Positions 18,096 to 28,200 of a stretch of 64,000 bases of DNA are shown piece after piece (within the stretch, counting starts at the first letter, position 1; the number at the start of each line of letters is the position of its first letter). Source of the stretch: an uncultured Candidatus Saccharibacteria bacterium (GTDB taxonomy: Bacteria; Patescibacteriota; Minisyncoccia; JACPXH01); contig CAYPCM010000001.1 of the NCBI GenBank assembly GCA_964409225.1, positions 32,173 to 96,172 of the forward strand, written 5' to 3'. The position numbers and the translations under genes are program-made. Below the pieces are notes generated by a model. It was not told where the DNA came from, searched no databases, and saw nothing but the letters and a program-made list of their open reading frames with translations.

Positions 18096-18132
18096 ACCCG
18101 CCCGACGGGAGTCCGTCGGGCGGGTTTCTTTT
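18096..18132 (+). terminator. intrinsic terminator
   Basis: AACCCGCCCGACGG-GAGT-CCGTCGGGCGGGTT followed by TCTTTT. Confidence 0.75.
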
Positions 18133-18207
18133 CTCGGGCACCGGGAGACGGCACATAAAACCAATACTATGCCGTATCCGTTCGTGTGATGATTACGGCC
18201 CCGCAGC

Positions 18208-18326
18208 TTGACCCCGTTAGAAGTCCATAGTTCGGCAATCTATTGTGGGAGCCTAAAGGCGAAGCCGCCTAACGGCTTTCATTTATCTTCTTTGGGGGAC
18301 ACGATTTAGACTTCTAACGGGGTTGA
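18208..18326. mobile_element. MITE family A, copy 3 (111-bp core, TTGA duplication)
   Basis: TTGA-CCCCGTTAGAAGTC...GACTTCTAACGGGG-TTGA; homologous to copy 1. Confidence 0.88.
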
Positions 18327-18384
18327 CGCCGGCGGCGTGCGCGGCAATACTTACATTGATTAACCTTAATCAATAAGACCTTTT

Positions 18385-18678
18385 ATGGTTCAGCGACTCC
18401 CTCTCACCAAAGCCCGGATCAACCTCGGCGCCATCGTCAAGCGAGTCCACCTCAACAAAGAATATTTCATTCTCGAGAAAGACGGCATCCCCGTGGCTGG
18501 CCTCATGGACATTGACGAGTTTGAGGACTACTTGGAACTCCGTGATCCCAAGGTCCGTGAGCACATCCGCAAGAGCAACGCGGAGTACCTCGCGGGCAAG
18601 AGTCGGCCGTACCGAGCCCTCCTCGCGGAACTCAAACGCGAGGAGCAACGGGGGACAAAGCGGCGTCAGAAGGCATGA
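18385..18678 (+). CDS. Phd/YefM-family antitoxin
   Basis: LTKARINLGAIVKRV..., FILEKDGIPVAGLMDIDEFE; ATGA overlap with toxin. Confidence 0.85.
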   Translation: MVQRLPLTKARINLGAIVKRVHLNKEYFILEKDGIPVAGLMDIDEFEDYLELRDPKVREHIRKSNAEYLAGKSRPYRALLAELKREEQRGTKRRQKA

Positions 18679-18965
18679 CGGCGCTTTTTCTCGTTCGCTC
18701 CTCGGCGCGATTCGAGCGGCTCTTCCGTAAACTTTTTCGAAGGCACCCCGAGCTCCGTGCTCTCCGCGATCGCGTCGGCGACATCCTCGAGACCGACCCC
18801 ACCAACCGCACCCGGACCCACCACATCAAGAAGCTCGGAGCCGTCCCACTGGGTGAAGGCCAGTGGCGGTTCTTTCTCGGCCGTTTCCGATTCCGCTATG
18901 ACATCTACGGTCGTGAGGTCGTGCTTCAATACTGCGGTCTCCGGCGCGAAGATACGTACCGGTAG
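18675..18965 (+). CDS. RelE/ParE-family toxin
   Basis: IKKL..GQWRFFLGRFRFRYDI, C-terminal RREDTY. Confidence 0.8.
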   Translation: MTALFLVRSSARFERLFRKLFRRHPELRALRDRVGDILETDPTNRTRTHHIKKLGAVPLGEGQWRFFLGRFRFRYDIYGREVVLQYCGLRREDTYR

Positions 18966-19300
18966 TACCGCGCCTGAGTTCGAGCATTTGCTTCTCCCGG
19001 GCGCGCAGGCGCTACATCTGTCGGAAACATTTCCAAACTTCGGCGGTAGACGGTGGCGTTAAAGAAAACATTGGCTCAGCGGCTGATGAAGATTCGGAAA
19101 AGCATATCATCGTTGTATTGCGTTTTCCATGCCTTGTCGAGCGTGGGCATCGCGCGGAAAACCTGTGGACAAGATGGGGGAATGGCGTGCGAAGTTCGGA
19201 TGCGTGTGGGCCTCGTAGCGTAATGTTGGTGCTCTTGATGTTCCGCCCTGAAGCGCATAGGCGCTTCAGGGCGGTCTCTTTTACGCTGACCTTGCGTGTT

Positions 19301-20197
19301 ATGATGCGGCGTACCGTGGAACCAACACCGGACATCCAAATCCTCGCGGCCACGAGCGACCATCGCGAGAGCATCCGCGAGTTGTACCTTCTCGTCGGCG
19401 GGCCGCACGATCACATTCTCCCGTTCCTCCAGCAACCATTCCCTACCGAGGATTTCGTGCCGTTCGTAGCCGTGCACGATTACGCGGTAGTCGGCGTGGG
19501 GTGCGCATTCGTGCTGGAGCCGTACGTGTGGTTGATGGGTTTGCGTGTGCACCCCGACTGGCGCAACCACAAGATTGGTCAGCAATTGGTTGAGCGCAGG
19601 GTGCAGTTTGCCGCGGCGCGGTGCCAGCCGGTAAAAGCCGTCGTGCTCGCGGCCAACGCCCCGGTGGTGCGCGTGTTCACGAATGCGGGTTTTGCCAGCC
19701 AGCCGGGGTTTACGCTCATGGAGGCAACCATTGGCGCGGTGCGTCCGAGCCATTTCTGGGATCGGTCAGTCGTTCGTGCCGCGACCGCAGCCGAGCGCGC
19801 CGAGGTTGCATCGTTTCTCAACGTCAACTATCAGCTTGCGTCTGATCACGTCAACCTCTTTGGCGAAGATTTCGTCTGGCGGCCAATCAGCTCCGCTAAT
19901 GAGCTTGGCCGGCTCGTTGCGAGCCGGCGGCTGCTCGTAAGCCGCGGCGAGGCAGGCACGGTGAGAGGTGTTGCGGTCGTAAACCCAAAGCCAGATCGCA
20001 CTGTTGAAATCGGCAGAATCTGGGGCGAGCCCGCGCCATTCCTGTGGCACATCATCGAGACGGCCGCACCACCGCGCCTGTGGTGGTATCTCTCCGGAGA
20101 AACAGAAGAAGAGCGCGCGCGCCAATTCCGGTTCCAGATTTCCCGCACCGGGACGAGCGAGCGCCGGTATCTTATTTTTACGAAGGATTCTGCCTGA
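19301..20197 (+). CDS. GNAT-family acetyltransferase
   Basis: WLMGLRVHPDWRNHKIGQQL (motif A), N..VVRVFTNAGF; start uncertain. Confidence 0.8.
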   Translation: MMRRTVEPTPDIQILAATSDHRESIRELYLLVGGPHDHILPFLQQPFPTEDFVPFVAVHDYAVVGVGCAFVLEPYVWLMGLRVHPDWRNHKIGQQLVERRVQFAAARCQPVKAVVLAANAPVVRVFTNAGFASQPGFTLMEATIGAVRPSHFWDRSVVRAATAAERAEVASFLNVNYQLASDHVNLFGEDFVWRPISSANELGRLVASRRLLVSRGEAGTVRGVAVVNPKPDRTVEIGRIWGEPAPFLWHIIETAAPPRLWWYLSGETEEERARQFRFQISRTGTSERRYLIFTKDSA

Positions 20198-20198
20198 T

Positions 20199-20318
20199 CA
20201 GACCGTCCGAAAATGCCAAAATTTAGTCTTCGAGCTTGTCGAGAAGCCTAAATTTTGGCATAAATACGTCAGTGGTTCTCGACTTCGCTCGAACCATATC
20301 GAGTTTTCGGATGGTCTG
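20199..20318. mobile_element. MITE family B, copy 2 (120 bp)
   Basis: Same TIRs as 9349-9468 (one mismatch); flanked by TGAT on both sides. Confidence 0.85.
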
Positions 20319-21264
20319 TGATGCCCAAGAGGAATATCGGGCACCACTCGGCACCTTCATAGTCGTTCGCGCGCTTCGTCTCAACCACGGTGAAGTATTT
20401 GGAAAACAGCGTAACAAGCTCGCGTTCTCCAGGCGGGGACCACGTGCGGAAAGCGGCCGGGTCCTCAAGAATGGCTTGGCGGATGCGCGCCAGGAGCGGA
20501 TGCGTCGTCCCTGTTGCGTCTGCCCAGGCCGCGAGTTTTTGGCTGGCGAGCGTTCGATTGAGCTGGCGAAGGGTTCGGTCGGCAAAACGCCACAAAAGCC
20601 GCGAGGCGATGAAGTATACTTTCTGCCAGTCCGTCAGCGGACGGCCGCGGAACCGCGCAACGATCGCGCCAATATCGTCGCCGAGAACGGTCTCGTCGAG
20701 TACTTGGCAGCGCGTGATGAAGACGCCTCCTGGCCGCAGGAGTGTCGCGACTTTCCCTAGGAGGCGCGGCTCCGCTTCAGGCGTAAGTTGCTGGAGCGTA
20801 AGGTCTCCGAGGATAGCCCCAAAGAATTCTTGAGGGAAAGGGAGCTCAAGCCAGTTGGCCCGCACCCAAATTTCTTCGCGCGGGTCAACATGTTTCGTGA
20901 ACCGAAGCATGGCGAGCGGCATCCGGTACGAAAAGTCAGCGAGGTGCACCCGGCCTGCGCCGGCGGTGGCGGCGAGATCTCGGAGTTCAGGGGTGGAACC
21001 CAAGATGAGCACCGGGCCGACGCCCCTGGTTTTCGTGAGGAATTCACGGTATACGGAAATATCTCCCGAGCTTGGACGGAACGGGCTTGTGACGTCCTCC
21101 CAGCGGTCAGCGAGGCGCTCCCAGTAGCCGCATTGATCTTGTTCGTGGGTCCGTTTTGTCGCCGTGATCAAGCGTTGATGAATAAGGCGATGAAGTACTG
21201 CAAGCTCATCCCGCTTGAGCAGCTGGCTAAGATATAACAGGAGTTTCTGGAGAGCGCGCGGCAC
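20269..21264 (-). CDS. class I SAM-dependent methyltransferase
   Basis: VLILGSTPELRDL, LADFS, ANWLELPF, LLRPGGVFI; GTG start inferred; C-terminus runs into the MITE. Confidence 0.8.
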   Translation of the reverse strand: MPRALQKLLLYLSQLLKRDELAVLHRLIHQRLITATKRTHEQDQCGYWERLADRWEDVTSPFRPSSGDISVYREFLTKTRGVGPVLILGSTPELRDLAATAGAGRVHLADFSYRMPLAMLRFTKHVDPREEIWVRANWLELPFPQEFFGAILGDLTLQQLTPEAEPRLLGKVATLLRPGGVFITRCQVLDETVLGDDIGAIVARFRGRPLTDWQKVYFIASRLLWRFADRTLRQLNRTLASQKLAAWADATGTTHPLLARIRQAILEDPAAFRTWSPPGERELVTLFSKYFTVVETKRANDYEGAEWCPIFLLGITDHPKTRYGSSEVENH

Positions 21265-21346
21265 GGAGTTGTGGATATGAGTTGTTGTGTGCAGGGAGGT
21301 CTTGGAGTATGATGTTGCTATATTAAGTGTACTGGACTGGCTACAT

Positions 21347-21607
21347 ATGCTCCAGACCATCCGTGAATTCCTGCGAATAATTGTGGTGGGGTTGACGGTT
21401 TTCGTCGTCGGCCTCGTTGCGAAGTCGTCCGTCTCTAAACCGCATTCACCCGCGGACTCGTGCGGCGAGAGCGGCCTTTTGCCGGTCGCTTCAGCCCAGA
21501 TCAACGATCCGAGTTGCTGGGCGCCACCAGCAGAACCATGCCCTGGCTGCGGCGGAAACGCCGACGGCGGGTGCGGTAACGTCGGCGGCGAAGTCGGCGG
21601 CTGTTAA
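21347..21607 (+). CDS. small exported peptide with Cys/Gly-rich C-terminus
   Basis: TM/signal segment, then ...VASAQINDPSCWAPPAEPCPGCGGNADGGCGNVGGEVGGC. Confidence 0.7.
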   Translation: MLQTIREFLRIIVVGLTVFVVGLVAKSSVSKPHSPADSCGESGLLPVASAQINDPSCWAPPAEPCPGCGGNADGGCGNVGGEVGGC

Positions 21608-21612
21608 AGTCA

Positions 21613-23922
21613 GTGCGCCACTGGATCAGACCGAGTTTCATCATCGCCGGAGCCGTTGCGCTGGCAGCGGTTTTGTTTGTTTCAGCGCGCTCCCGGCCGC
21701 CGGAACAACCCTCGCTTTTCGAGAAGCCAGCGCTCATCGCGATTGACGAGGCGCGCGATCGTTTTTTTGTGTTCAACGACGCATCCGGTATTGTCGTGGG
21801 TTTACGGGCCAGCACGAGAGAGGTGATTGGTCGAGCCAAGGCGGCGCCGCGGGCGCAGGCCATGGTGCTCGATCCAGAGAGCGGGGCGCTCTACCTTACC
21901 GATGGGCAGACAAATTCCGTAGTCGAAATACGCCCAGATAATTGGGAGGTTCGGCGCATTCCCGTGGGCAAAGGGCCGGTTGCGCTAGCACTCGATCCAA
22001 CGAGCAGGCGCCTCTTCGCCGCAAACTTTAGCGAGAACTCCGTTTCCCTCATTGATACCAGCACGGCGCGCATGGTGGCCGAAACAGCGGTCGGGGCCGG
22101 ACCTATTCAGGTCGCTCTCAATCCGAAAACCGGCTCGGTCTACGTCGCGAATGAAACTAGCCGATCTATCACCGTCCTCGCGCCAGAACCTCTCTTGGCG
22201 GTTCGCACGGTACCGCTTCCATTCACTCCACGCTATCTCGTGGTGGACAGCGCGCGATCAGTGCTCTACGTCGCACCCGCTGTAGGCACTACTCTCGTGA
22301 AAATGGTAGAAGGGGAGTTCGCGCCTAAAGAAATTGTCGTTGGCCGCGACCCGCGGGGGTTTGCGCTCGATGCGGCTACGGGGACGCTATACGTTACGCT
22401 TTTTGTGAGTGGCGCCGTCGCGAAAATTTCACCAGTAGGGGTGGTCATAGCGAAACTGGAGCTCCCAGCTGGTTCATTTCCCGGCAAGCCGGCGCTCGAC
22501 CGCGAGGGGAGCGTGCTCTACGTGCCGCTCACCGGTTCGGCTCGCGTGGCAGTCGTGGATGCCGAACATATGCAGATAATTCGCCTGATCGAGAGTGGCA
22601 CGAACACCGACGAGGCCACCTTCAACGAGCGTCAGGGCGAGGTCTATTTTGTGAATCCCGAAAGCGATACCCTTACCGTTTTCAACGTCGCCACGCAGCA
22701 GACGATATTTCTGCCGAAAGGCGCAGACCCACGCCGGGTCGCACGGCGCGCCGGACCGGTGTTTGACTTTCCGATTGGGCTTGCTGTAAACGAATCCGAC
22801 GAACGCGTGTACGTCGTCAATAACGTTGGCGGGTTCCTTACCGTCATCGAGGGCCGCACGCAGGCGGCTGTCCGGACGATCCAGCTTGGTCGCAACCCCC
22901 GCGCCGCGCTCTACGTTTCTGAAGTCGGCAAACTCTACGTGGCGAGCGGCGACGAAAATGTGGTGATGGTGCTTGACCGTAAGGCCCGCCGCGTTAAGAA
23001 ACGGATCGCCGTGGGCCAGAAACCGCGCACCATGCGTTACGATGCCGTTACCCGGCGGCTATTTGTGGTGAATCAAGACAGTAACTCGGTGAGCGTCGTG
23101 GACACCGTAAAAGATGAAGTAGTTCAGACAATTTCGGTTGGCAAGGCCCCTTTGTTTATAGAAGTCCAGCCGTCAAGCGGTCGGGTCGCGGTCGTGAACG
23201 CCGCCGACAACTCCGTGAGCATCATTGATGCCGCAGCGCTGCGCGAGGTTGGGCGCGTTCAGCTGGATGCGCCAATCGTAGGGCTGGTCTTTCCGGAGCG
23301 CGGCGCGGGCGCGGTTGCGCTTACGCGTTCGCCGAGTATGGTCGCGCTCATTGATGCGGACCGCGCTAAGCTTGGACAAAAGGTTGCTCTCGTCGGAGAC
23401 GCCGTGGGCATTGCCGATACGCCAACCGGGGTGGTCATTGGCCAGAATCTTTCGGCTGGGGCTGAAATAATCATGGTGGATCCGGAGAGTTTGTCGGTGA
23501 TAAGCCGGACGCGTCTTGATCAGGCGCTCGCGTCTGCCGGCGTGGCGCCGCCGGTTCTTCAGTCAAGCGGCGAGGTGTTGTGGCGCGACCTCGCCTCGCA
23601 GCGCCAACTCCTTAGGTTTAACCCGGCTGATCAGACCGTCTCGGCGATCGCCACGCTCCTGTTCCCGGTTTCGTACGCGGCCTTCAACCAGCGCACCGGG
23701 GAACTGTACGCGCTGCATGCCAGCCAGCACGCCATGACCGTTGTTGACGTAGCCCGCGGTCAGGCCGTGCGGGTCGTGACCAACCACACCCCGGTTGAGA
23801 ATCCCTGGGAGCGCAGCGTCCTGGTCGGAGCGGCCGCACTCCTACTTACCGCGATTGTCGGTCTGGTTGGCATCCGTCGGTTTTTGCCAAACAACAAAAA
23901 CAGAAAGATTGACAAGGAGTAA
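21613..23922 (+). CDS. YVTN/YncE-type beta-propeller protein with N- and C-terminal TM
   Basis: Many VGxxP...YVAN..S.SVSVID repeats in two blocks. Confidence 0.88.
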   Translation: MRHWIRPSFIIAGAVALAAVLFVSARSRPPEQPSLFEKPALIAIDEARDRFFVFNDASGIVVGLRASTREVIGRAKAAPRAQAMVLDPESGALYLTDGQTNSVVEIRPDNWEVRRIPVGKGPVALALDPTSRRLFAANFSENSVSLIDTSTARMVAETAVGAGPIQVALNPKTGSVYVANETSRSITVLAPEPLLAVRTVPLPFTPRYLVVDSARSVLYVAPAVGTTLVKMVEGEFAPKEIVVGRDPRGFALDAATGTLYVTLFVSGAVAKISPVGVVIAKLELPAGSFPGKPALDREGSVLYVPLTGSARVAVVDAEHMQIIRLIESGTNTDEATFNERQGEVYFVNPESDTLTVFNVATQQTIFLPKGADPRRVARRAGPVFDFPIGLAVNESDERVYVVNNVGGFLTVIEGRTQAAVRTIQLGRNPRAALYVSEVGKLYVASGDENVVMVLDRKARRVKKRIAVGQKPRTMRYDAVTRRLFVVNQDSNSVSVVDTVKDEVVQTISVGKAPLFIEVQPSSGRVAVVNAADNSVSIIDAAALREVGRVQLDAPIVGLVFPERGAGAVALTRSPSMVALIDADRAKLGQKVALVGDAVGIADTPTGVVIGQNLSAGAEIIMVDPESLSVISRTRLDQALASAGVAPPVLQSSGEVLWRDLASQRQLLRFNPADQTVSAIATLLFPVSYAAFNQRTGELYALHASQHAMTVVDVARGQAVRVVTNHTPVENPWERSVLVGAAALLLTAIVGLVGIRRFLPNNKNRKIDKE

Positions 23923-23938
23923 CACCAAGCCATACAAT
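23909..23938 (+). promoter_or_regulatory. putative sigma70 promoter
   Basis: TTGACA-18 bp-TACAAT, about 130 nt upstream of the metalloprotease gene. Confidence 0.55.
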
Positions 23939-24066
23939 TCGGTCTAGGAGTGTAGTGGGGTTGGTGTTTGACAATTGAGGTGATGGCACAGGATAAGGCC
24001 CCAATCGCCTGACAGCTGACGGGCAAGGCCCCTAGCTAAAGCTACGGAGGCCAATGGAGGAAAGCC

Positions 24067-25161
24067 ATGACTGCGTTTCTGAAGCATAGCGCAGTCGGGT
24101 TCGCCTTGATTGCGCTTATCGCGGCAGTGCCGAGGGCAACGTCGGGGTTCGAGCGGCTGTGCAAGCCCATCGAGTTCTGTGTGTGGGATGCGGCAGACAT
24201 GCCCATTCCTTACACGATTGATTTGGTCAGCCTGGCGGCGTACCCAGTCGTGCGGCCAGGCCAGATCGTGCCAGGGTTCGACCCAATCGAGGTCATCCAC
24301 CGGGCGTTCCGGGCCTGGGAAGAGGTGCCGGGAACATACGTTCGGTTCCGGTACGAGCCCAACGTCAACTTTGACCCTGACAACCCGTGGCCCCTCATCC
24401 AGGTGTATTTCACGGATGACAGTGGTGCATGGGCCTATTTGTTGAAGCATCGGCCTCGCGGCACCATGGCCATGCTGTACGCTCGGGTGAGAGTGGGGAC
24501 GAACCACGGCGCGGTTGGCCGAAGTAAGGAGGTGTTTTACAAAGATGTGAAGCACGAGATCGGCCATGTCTTGGGCTTAGGGCATCCGTCTAACCCGGAC
24601 CAGTTCCGTGATCCGAACCAGTTTCCAGGCATTGGCGGACCGGTCATGGGCCATGGCGGGGTGCCAAGCGGAGTGGAATGGTTCCCATTTCACCCGGACG
24701 ACATCGCCGGGATCCGCTTCCTGTACCCGGCCCTGCGCGGAAGCGGCCAACAGTTGCGGATTTCCGGGCCGCCGGAAGTGGAGATTTGGCCAGCATTTGG
24801 TTCGGTCTCCTACCAAGGTCAGGACTTCCAGATCGCGATTTCAGACCCGGACGGTCGGGACGACACCGCGAGCGTGCAGGTTTTGGCGAACGGTCAGGAC
24901 GTAACCGCAGGCGTGGGCTGGCTATTCGGTATGTTCGGCCGGCTTACGCCTCACGGGTACGTGCTGTCGTTGTCCCCAAACTCGCAGTTCAACGCCGGCG
25001 CGCTCCTTCGAGCCGGGATGCGCTGCGGCACCCTGCTCGAGCCGGAGTGCAAACTTTTCCCGCCGCGTTCGCTCGGTCCCACCATCACCATCACAGTCAC
25101 CGCCCGCGATACATCCGGGAACGAAACCCGGGTGGAGCGGACGTACACCATTGTCCCGTGA
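24067..25161 (+). CDS. secreted matrixin-like (metzincin) metallopeptidase
   Basis: HEIGHVLGLGH zinc motif, Met-turn PVM, DDIAGIRFLY; signal peptide; SD GGAGG. Confidence 0.88.
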   Translation: MTAFLKHSAVGFALIALIAAVPRATSGFERLCKPIEFCVWDAADMPIPYTIDLVSLAAYPVVRPGQIVPGFDPIEVIHRAFRAWEEVPGTYVRFRYEPNVNFDPDNPWPLIQVYFTDDSGAWAYLLKHRPRGTMAMLYARVRVGTNHGAVGRSKEVFYKDVKHEIGHVLGLGHPSNPDQFRDPNQFPGIGGPVMGHGGVPSGVEWFPFHPDDIAGIRFLYPALRGSGQQLRISGPPEVEIWPAFGSVSYQGQDFQIAISDPDGRDDTASVQVLANGQDVTAGVGWLFGMFGRLTPHGYVLSLSPNSQFNAGALLRAGMRCGTLLEPECKLFPPRSLGPTITITVTARDTSGNETRVERTYTIVP

Positions 25162-25186
25162 GAGTACGCTTCTCTCACGGGACAAT
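25150..25186. terminator. 15-bp perfect hairpin overlapping stop codon
   Basis: ATTGTCCCGTGAGAG-TACGCTT-CTCTCACGGGACAAT. Confidence 0.6.
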
Positions 25187-25261
25187 TTCTATTTGTGGAT
25201 AATGTGATTCTGGCATTTTCGTTTCCGTGGTAGAATTACCGCAGGAAATTTTGCAATACTA

Positions 25262-28200
25262 ATGAAATGGTCTTGGAGCAAATTGCGTCTGCCGCCGCGG
25301 CCGTGGCTGGTGGGGTTTGGGTTTTGGGTGGGTGTTCTCGTTATCCTCGCGTTCATGGCGGCTGCGCCGCCTTCTTTCCCAAAGCCCCAGCCAAGCATTG
25401 CGACTATCCCGCACTGCGGCGAAACAAACGAGTGGCTTGCGTTGGTTGACAAGTACTTGGGCACGCAGCTGGCCGAAGCCCAGTCCGGCGGACCGTGCGT
25501 GAAGATAAGCGCCCAGTGTCAGGGATCCGACGACGCCTATCCCGGATTCAAGCTGGAGTGGTTCGGCGTCGCCCATTTGCCCAGCTGGAAGTATCAGTTG
25601 GTGATTCCCGGGTTTGAGTTCATGCGGCCTGATGGCGGCATTCAAGCTGCGGGCGCCGGGTTCAGGCGTTGGGACATCGATCCGAGCGTGCCGACGTTGA
25701 GCGCCGGAAGTGGGTTGATAACACAGCTTGTGCGCACGGAAACAGCTACTGGCCTCGCCGTTGATGACGATACGTACTACCGCGCCGCGGTCTATTCGCA
25801 GAACACGACCGCGGTGCAGTGTGCGGGCACGGACGAGGCCTCCAATAACCGTGCGCCTGACTGTCTTAGGTTTCGTACCCGCGATCTGCCGCCTGATCCG
25901 CGCTACGGCGTGTTGGTGACTAGCGCGACCTGCCCTTGGCAGGCCGAAGAGACCACAGAGGTCTCTATTCCGTGTGGACAAACAACTCTGTATACTTCGC
26001 CTCTCAGCTCTAACCGCGGCGGCCAGACCGAATGGGAAATCAGCGGCGTAACGCCCGTTTCAGCCTCGCCAATACTTACTTCGAACACGAGCCAGCCACC
26101 TCGTGTATACAGTGGTACTTTTGACGACGGTTCTACGGTTTCGCTGTCAATGAGAGACAATCAAGTGGTGGCCTCAAGAACCTCGCCACCCGGCGGCGTG
26201 TGCGATCCGCCGCCGCCAACGATCACATGCGAATTGCGCATTAACGGATTAGCTGATGCTTCTTGGCAGAGCAGCAGCAGTCCTGCTCCAACCTTAACTT
26301 GGAGCACCGCAGATTTTAGAGACGGCGACACCATCGAAGCGAAAGAGTACACCGCGAGCAATGTTCCCACCGGGAAAGAAGCCTCGAGCAACCAGGCGGC
26401 CGGCTCAACCGGCCTCGGCTCTTTGCCGCGAGTGCGGCCAGGCGAATCGCCGGTGACGCGAAAGTACGTCGCGACTCCCTACGATACCGGCGCGCCCAAC
26501 GGCTCAGTGCGATCCGGCTCCGAGTCGTGTGAGGCCAACCTTACCATTACGGCGGAGTCGCCTCCTGTCTGTCCAGGTGGTCTTACCTGCGTCGGTGGCT
26601 GTACGCCCTTGCCTTCGTACAACTCGGCGGAACTCACGTGGTCGCCGGTGGCCAATGCGAGGGTCTACCGCGTGCGTACGTCCCGGAGCGACGGGACGAT
26701 TCTGCGCACCGACGACGTAACCCCCCCCACTACGCGAATCACGATCACCGGCTTGGCGCCCAGTACGTCGTATCTCTTCAGTGTTCAGACAATTGATCAG
26801 CTCGACAACAGCTCGGCGCTATGCCCGGGAGCTGGGCTGACTGCAACCACGTCCCCCGGTCCCGGTGGTCCGGGCGGCCCCCCCGGAACGCCCGCGCTCA
26901 CACTAACCGCCGGTCCCACCTGCACGCAGATGACTTTGAGCTGGCCTGATGTGGCGAATGAGACATCATACGAGGTGTACCGCGGCCCCACGAGTAGTGG
27001 CCCTTGGACGCTCATTACCAGTCCGGCGCTCGCGGCCAACACGACCTCATACACCGACAGCGGCCGCACGCAACTTACCTCGTATAGCTATTACGTTAAG
27101 GCGCTCAATGCCGTCGGCCCGGCCACCTCGAACATTGCAACCGCCACCACGGACGCTTGTGGCGGTCCTGGCGGCGCGGACTTTTCAGTGAGTGTGGCGC
27201 CGGCAAGCCGTACTGTCAGCCCAGGCCAGAGCACGACCTACACCGTTACCGTCACGAGCACAAGTTTACCGAACACGCCGATCACGCTCAGCGTTACGGC
27301 TGGCTTGCCCACGGGTGCTTCGGCCACGTTCGCACCCAACCCCGTTACCACCCCGTCGACAGATGGGAGCGTGACGAGTACGATGACGGTTTCGACGATT
27401 GCTTCGACTCCCCTCGGGACCTCGTCGCTTACCATCTCTGGCACCGGCGCTTCGCTTACACGTACGGCGCCAACGACGCTCGTCGTGGATACGAGCGGTT
27501 CTAACTTCACGCTCGACGCGACGCCAGCGAGCGTTACGGTCCAGCCGGGCGAGACCGCAAACTACCGCGTGGCTATAATTCCGACGAATCTTCCGAATAC
27601 CGATATTACTCTTGCGGTAACCGCCGGCTTGCCCGCAGGCGCCACTGCTTCCTTCGGCTCAAACCCGGTGCGAACGCCGGCCTCGGGGGATGTCCAGACA
27701 GATATGTTTATTGCAACCGCACCCGGTACGTCGGCCGGCACCTATCCGCTTACCGTACGCGGTTCAACCACCGGCGCGTCGCCCATCGTGCGCACCGACA
27801 CCGTGAATCTCGTCGTGAATACAAGCGGCGGCCCCAACACCCCGCCTGACCCGCCCGGCGGACCCGGTGGCGGCCCTACACCGCCTAGCCGCACGCTCAT
27901 GTGCGAAAGCCCGGCCCGGCTCACTTTTGAGTTCGTTTACACCGACCCTGACACCCCGCCTGACAATGCCGATCGTTTCACTTTCCAAGTGGCGCGGGAT
28001 GCGGGTTTTGCGAATCTTATCGTGAGCCGCTCTTACTCTTCGCCCGTTTCTTCGGGCACTACGTTGAATCAGCTTGTCACTATGCAAACCGGTGCAGATC
28101 CCGGAGGCGTGCGCGACGTGCTATATTACGGACAGTCCTATTATTGGCGGGTGAAAGCGTGGGACAGCCGCGGCGCAGAATCACGGTGGTCATGCGGCGA

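Noticed and set aside
12000-19000. Integron cassette array
   Set aside because: No intI and no attC RYYYAAC/GTTRRRY pattern; genes have their own promoters and mixed orientation.
19030-19275. Hammerhead ribozyme around CTGATGA...GAAA
   Set aside because: No convincing stem II or flanking stems; only an isolated hairpin at 19244-19273.
23940-24066. Riboswitch (e.g. c-di-GMP) in the long leader
   Set aside because: I could not match the conserved motifs. Part of it resembles a REP-like unit. An Rfam scan would settle it.
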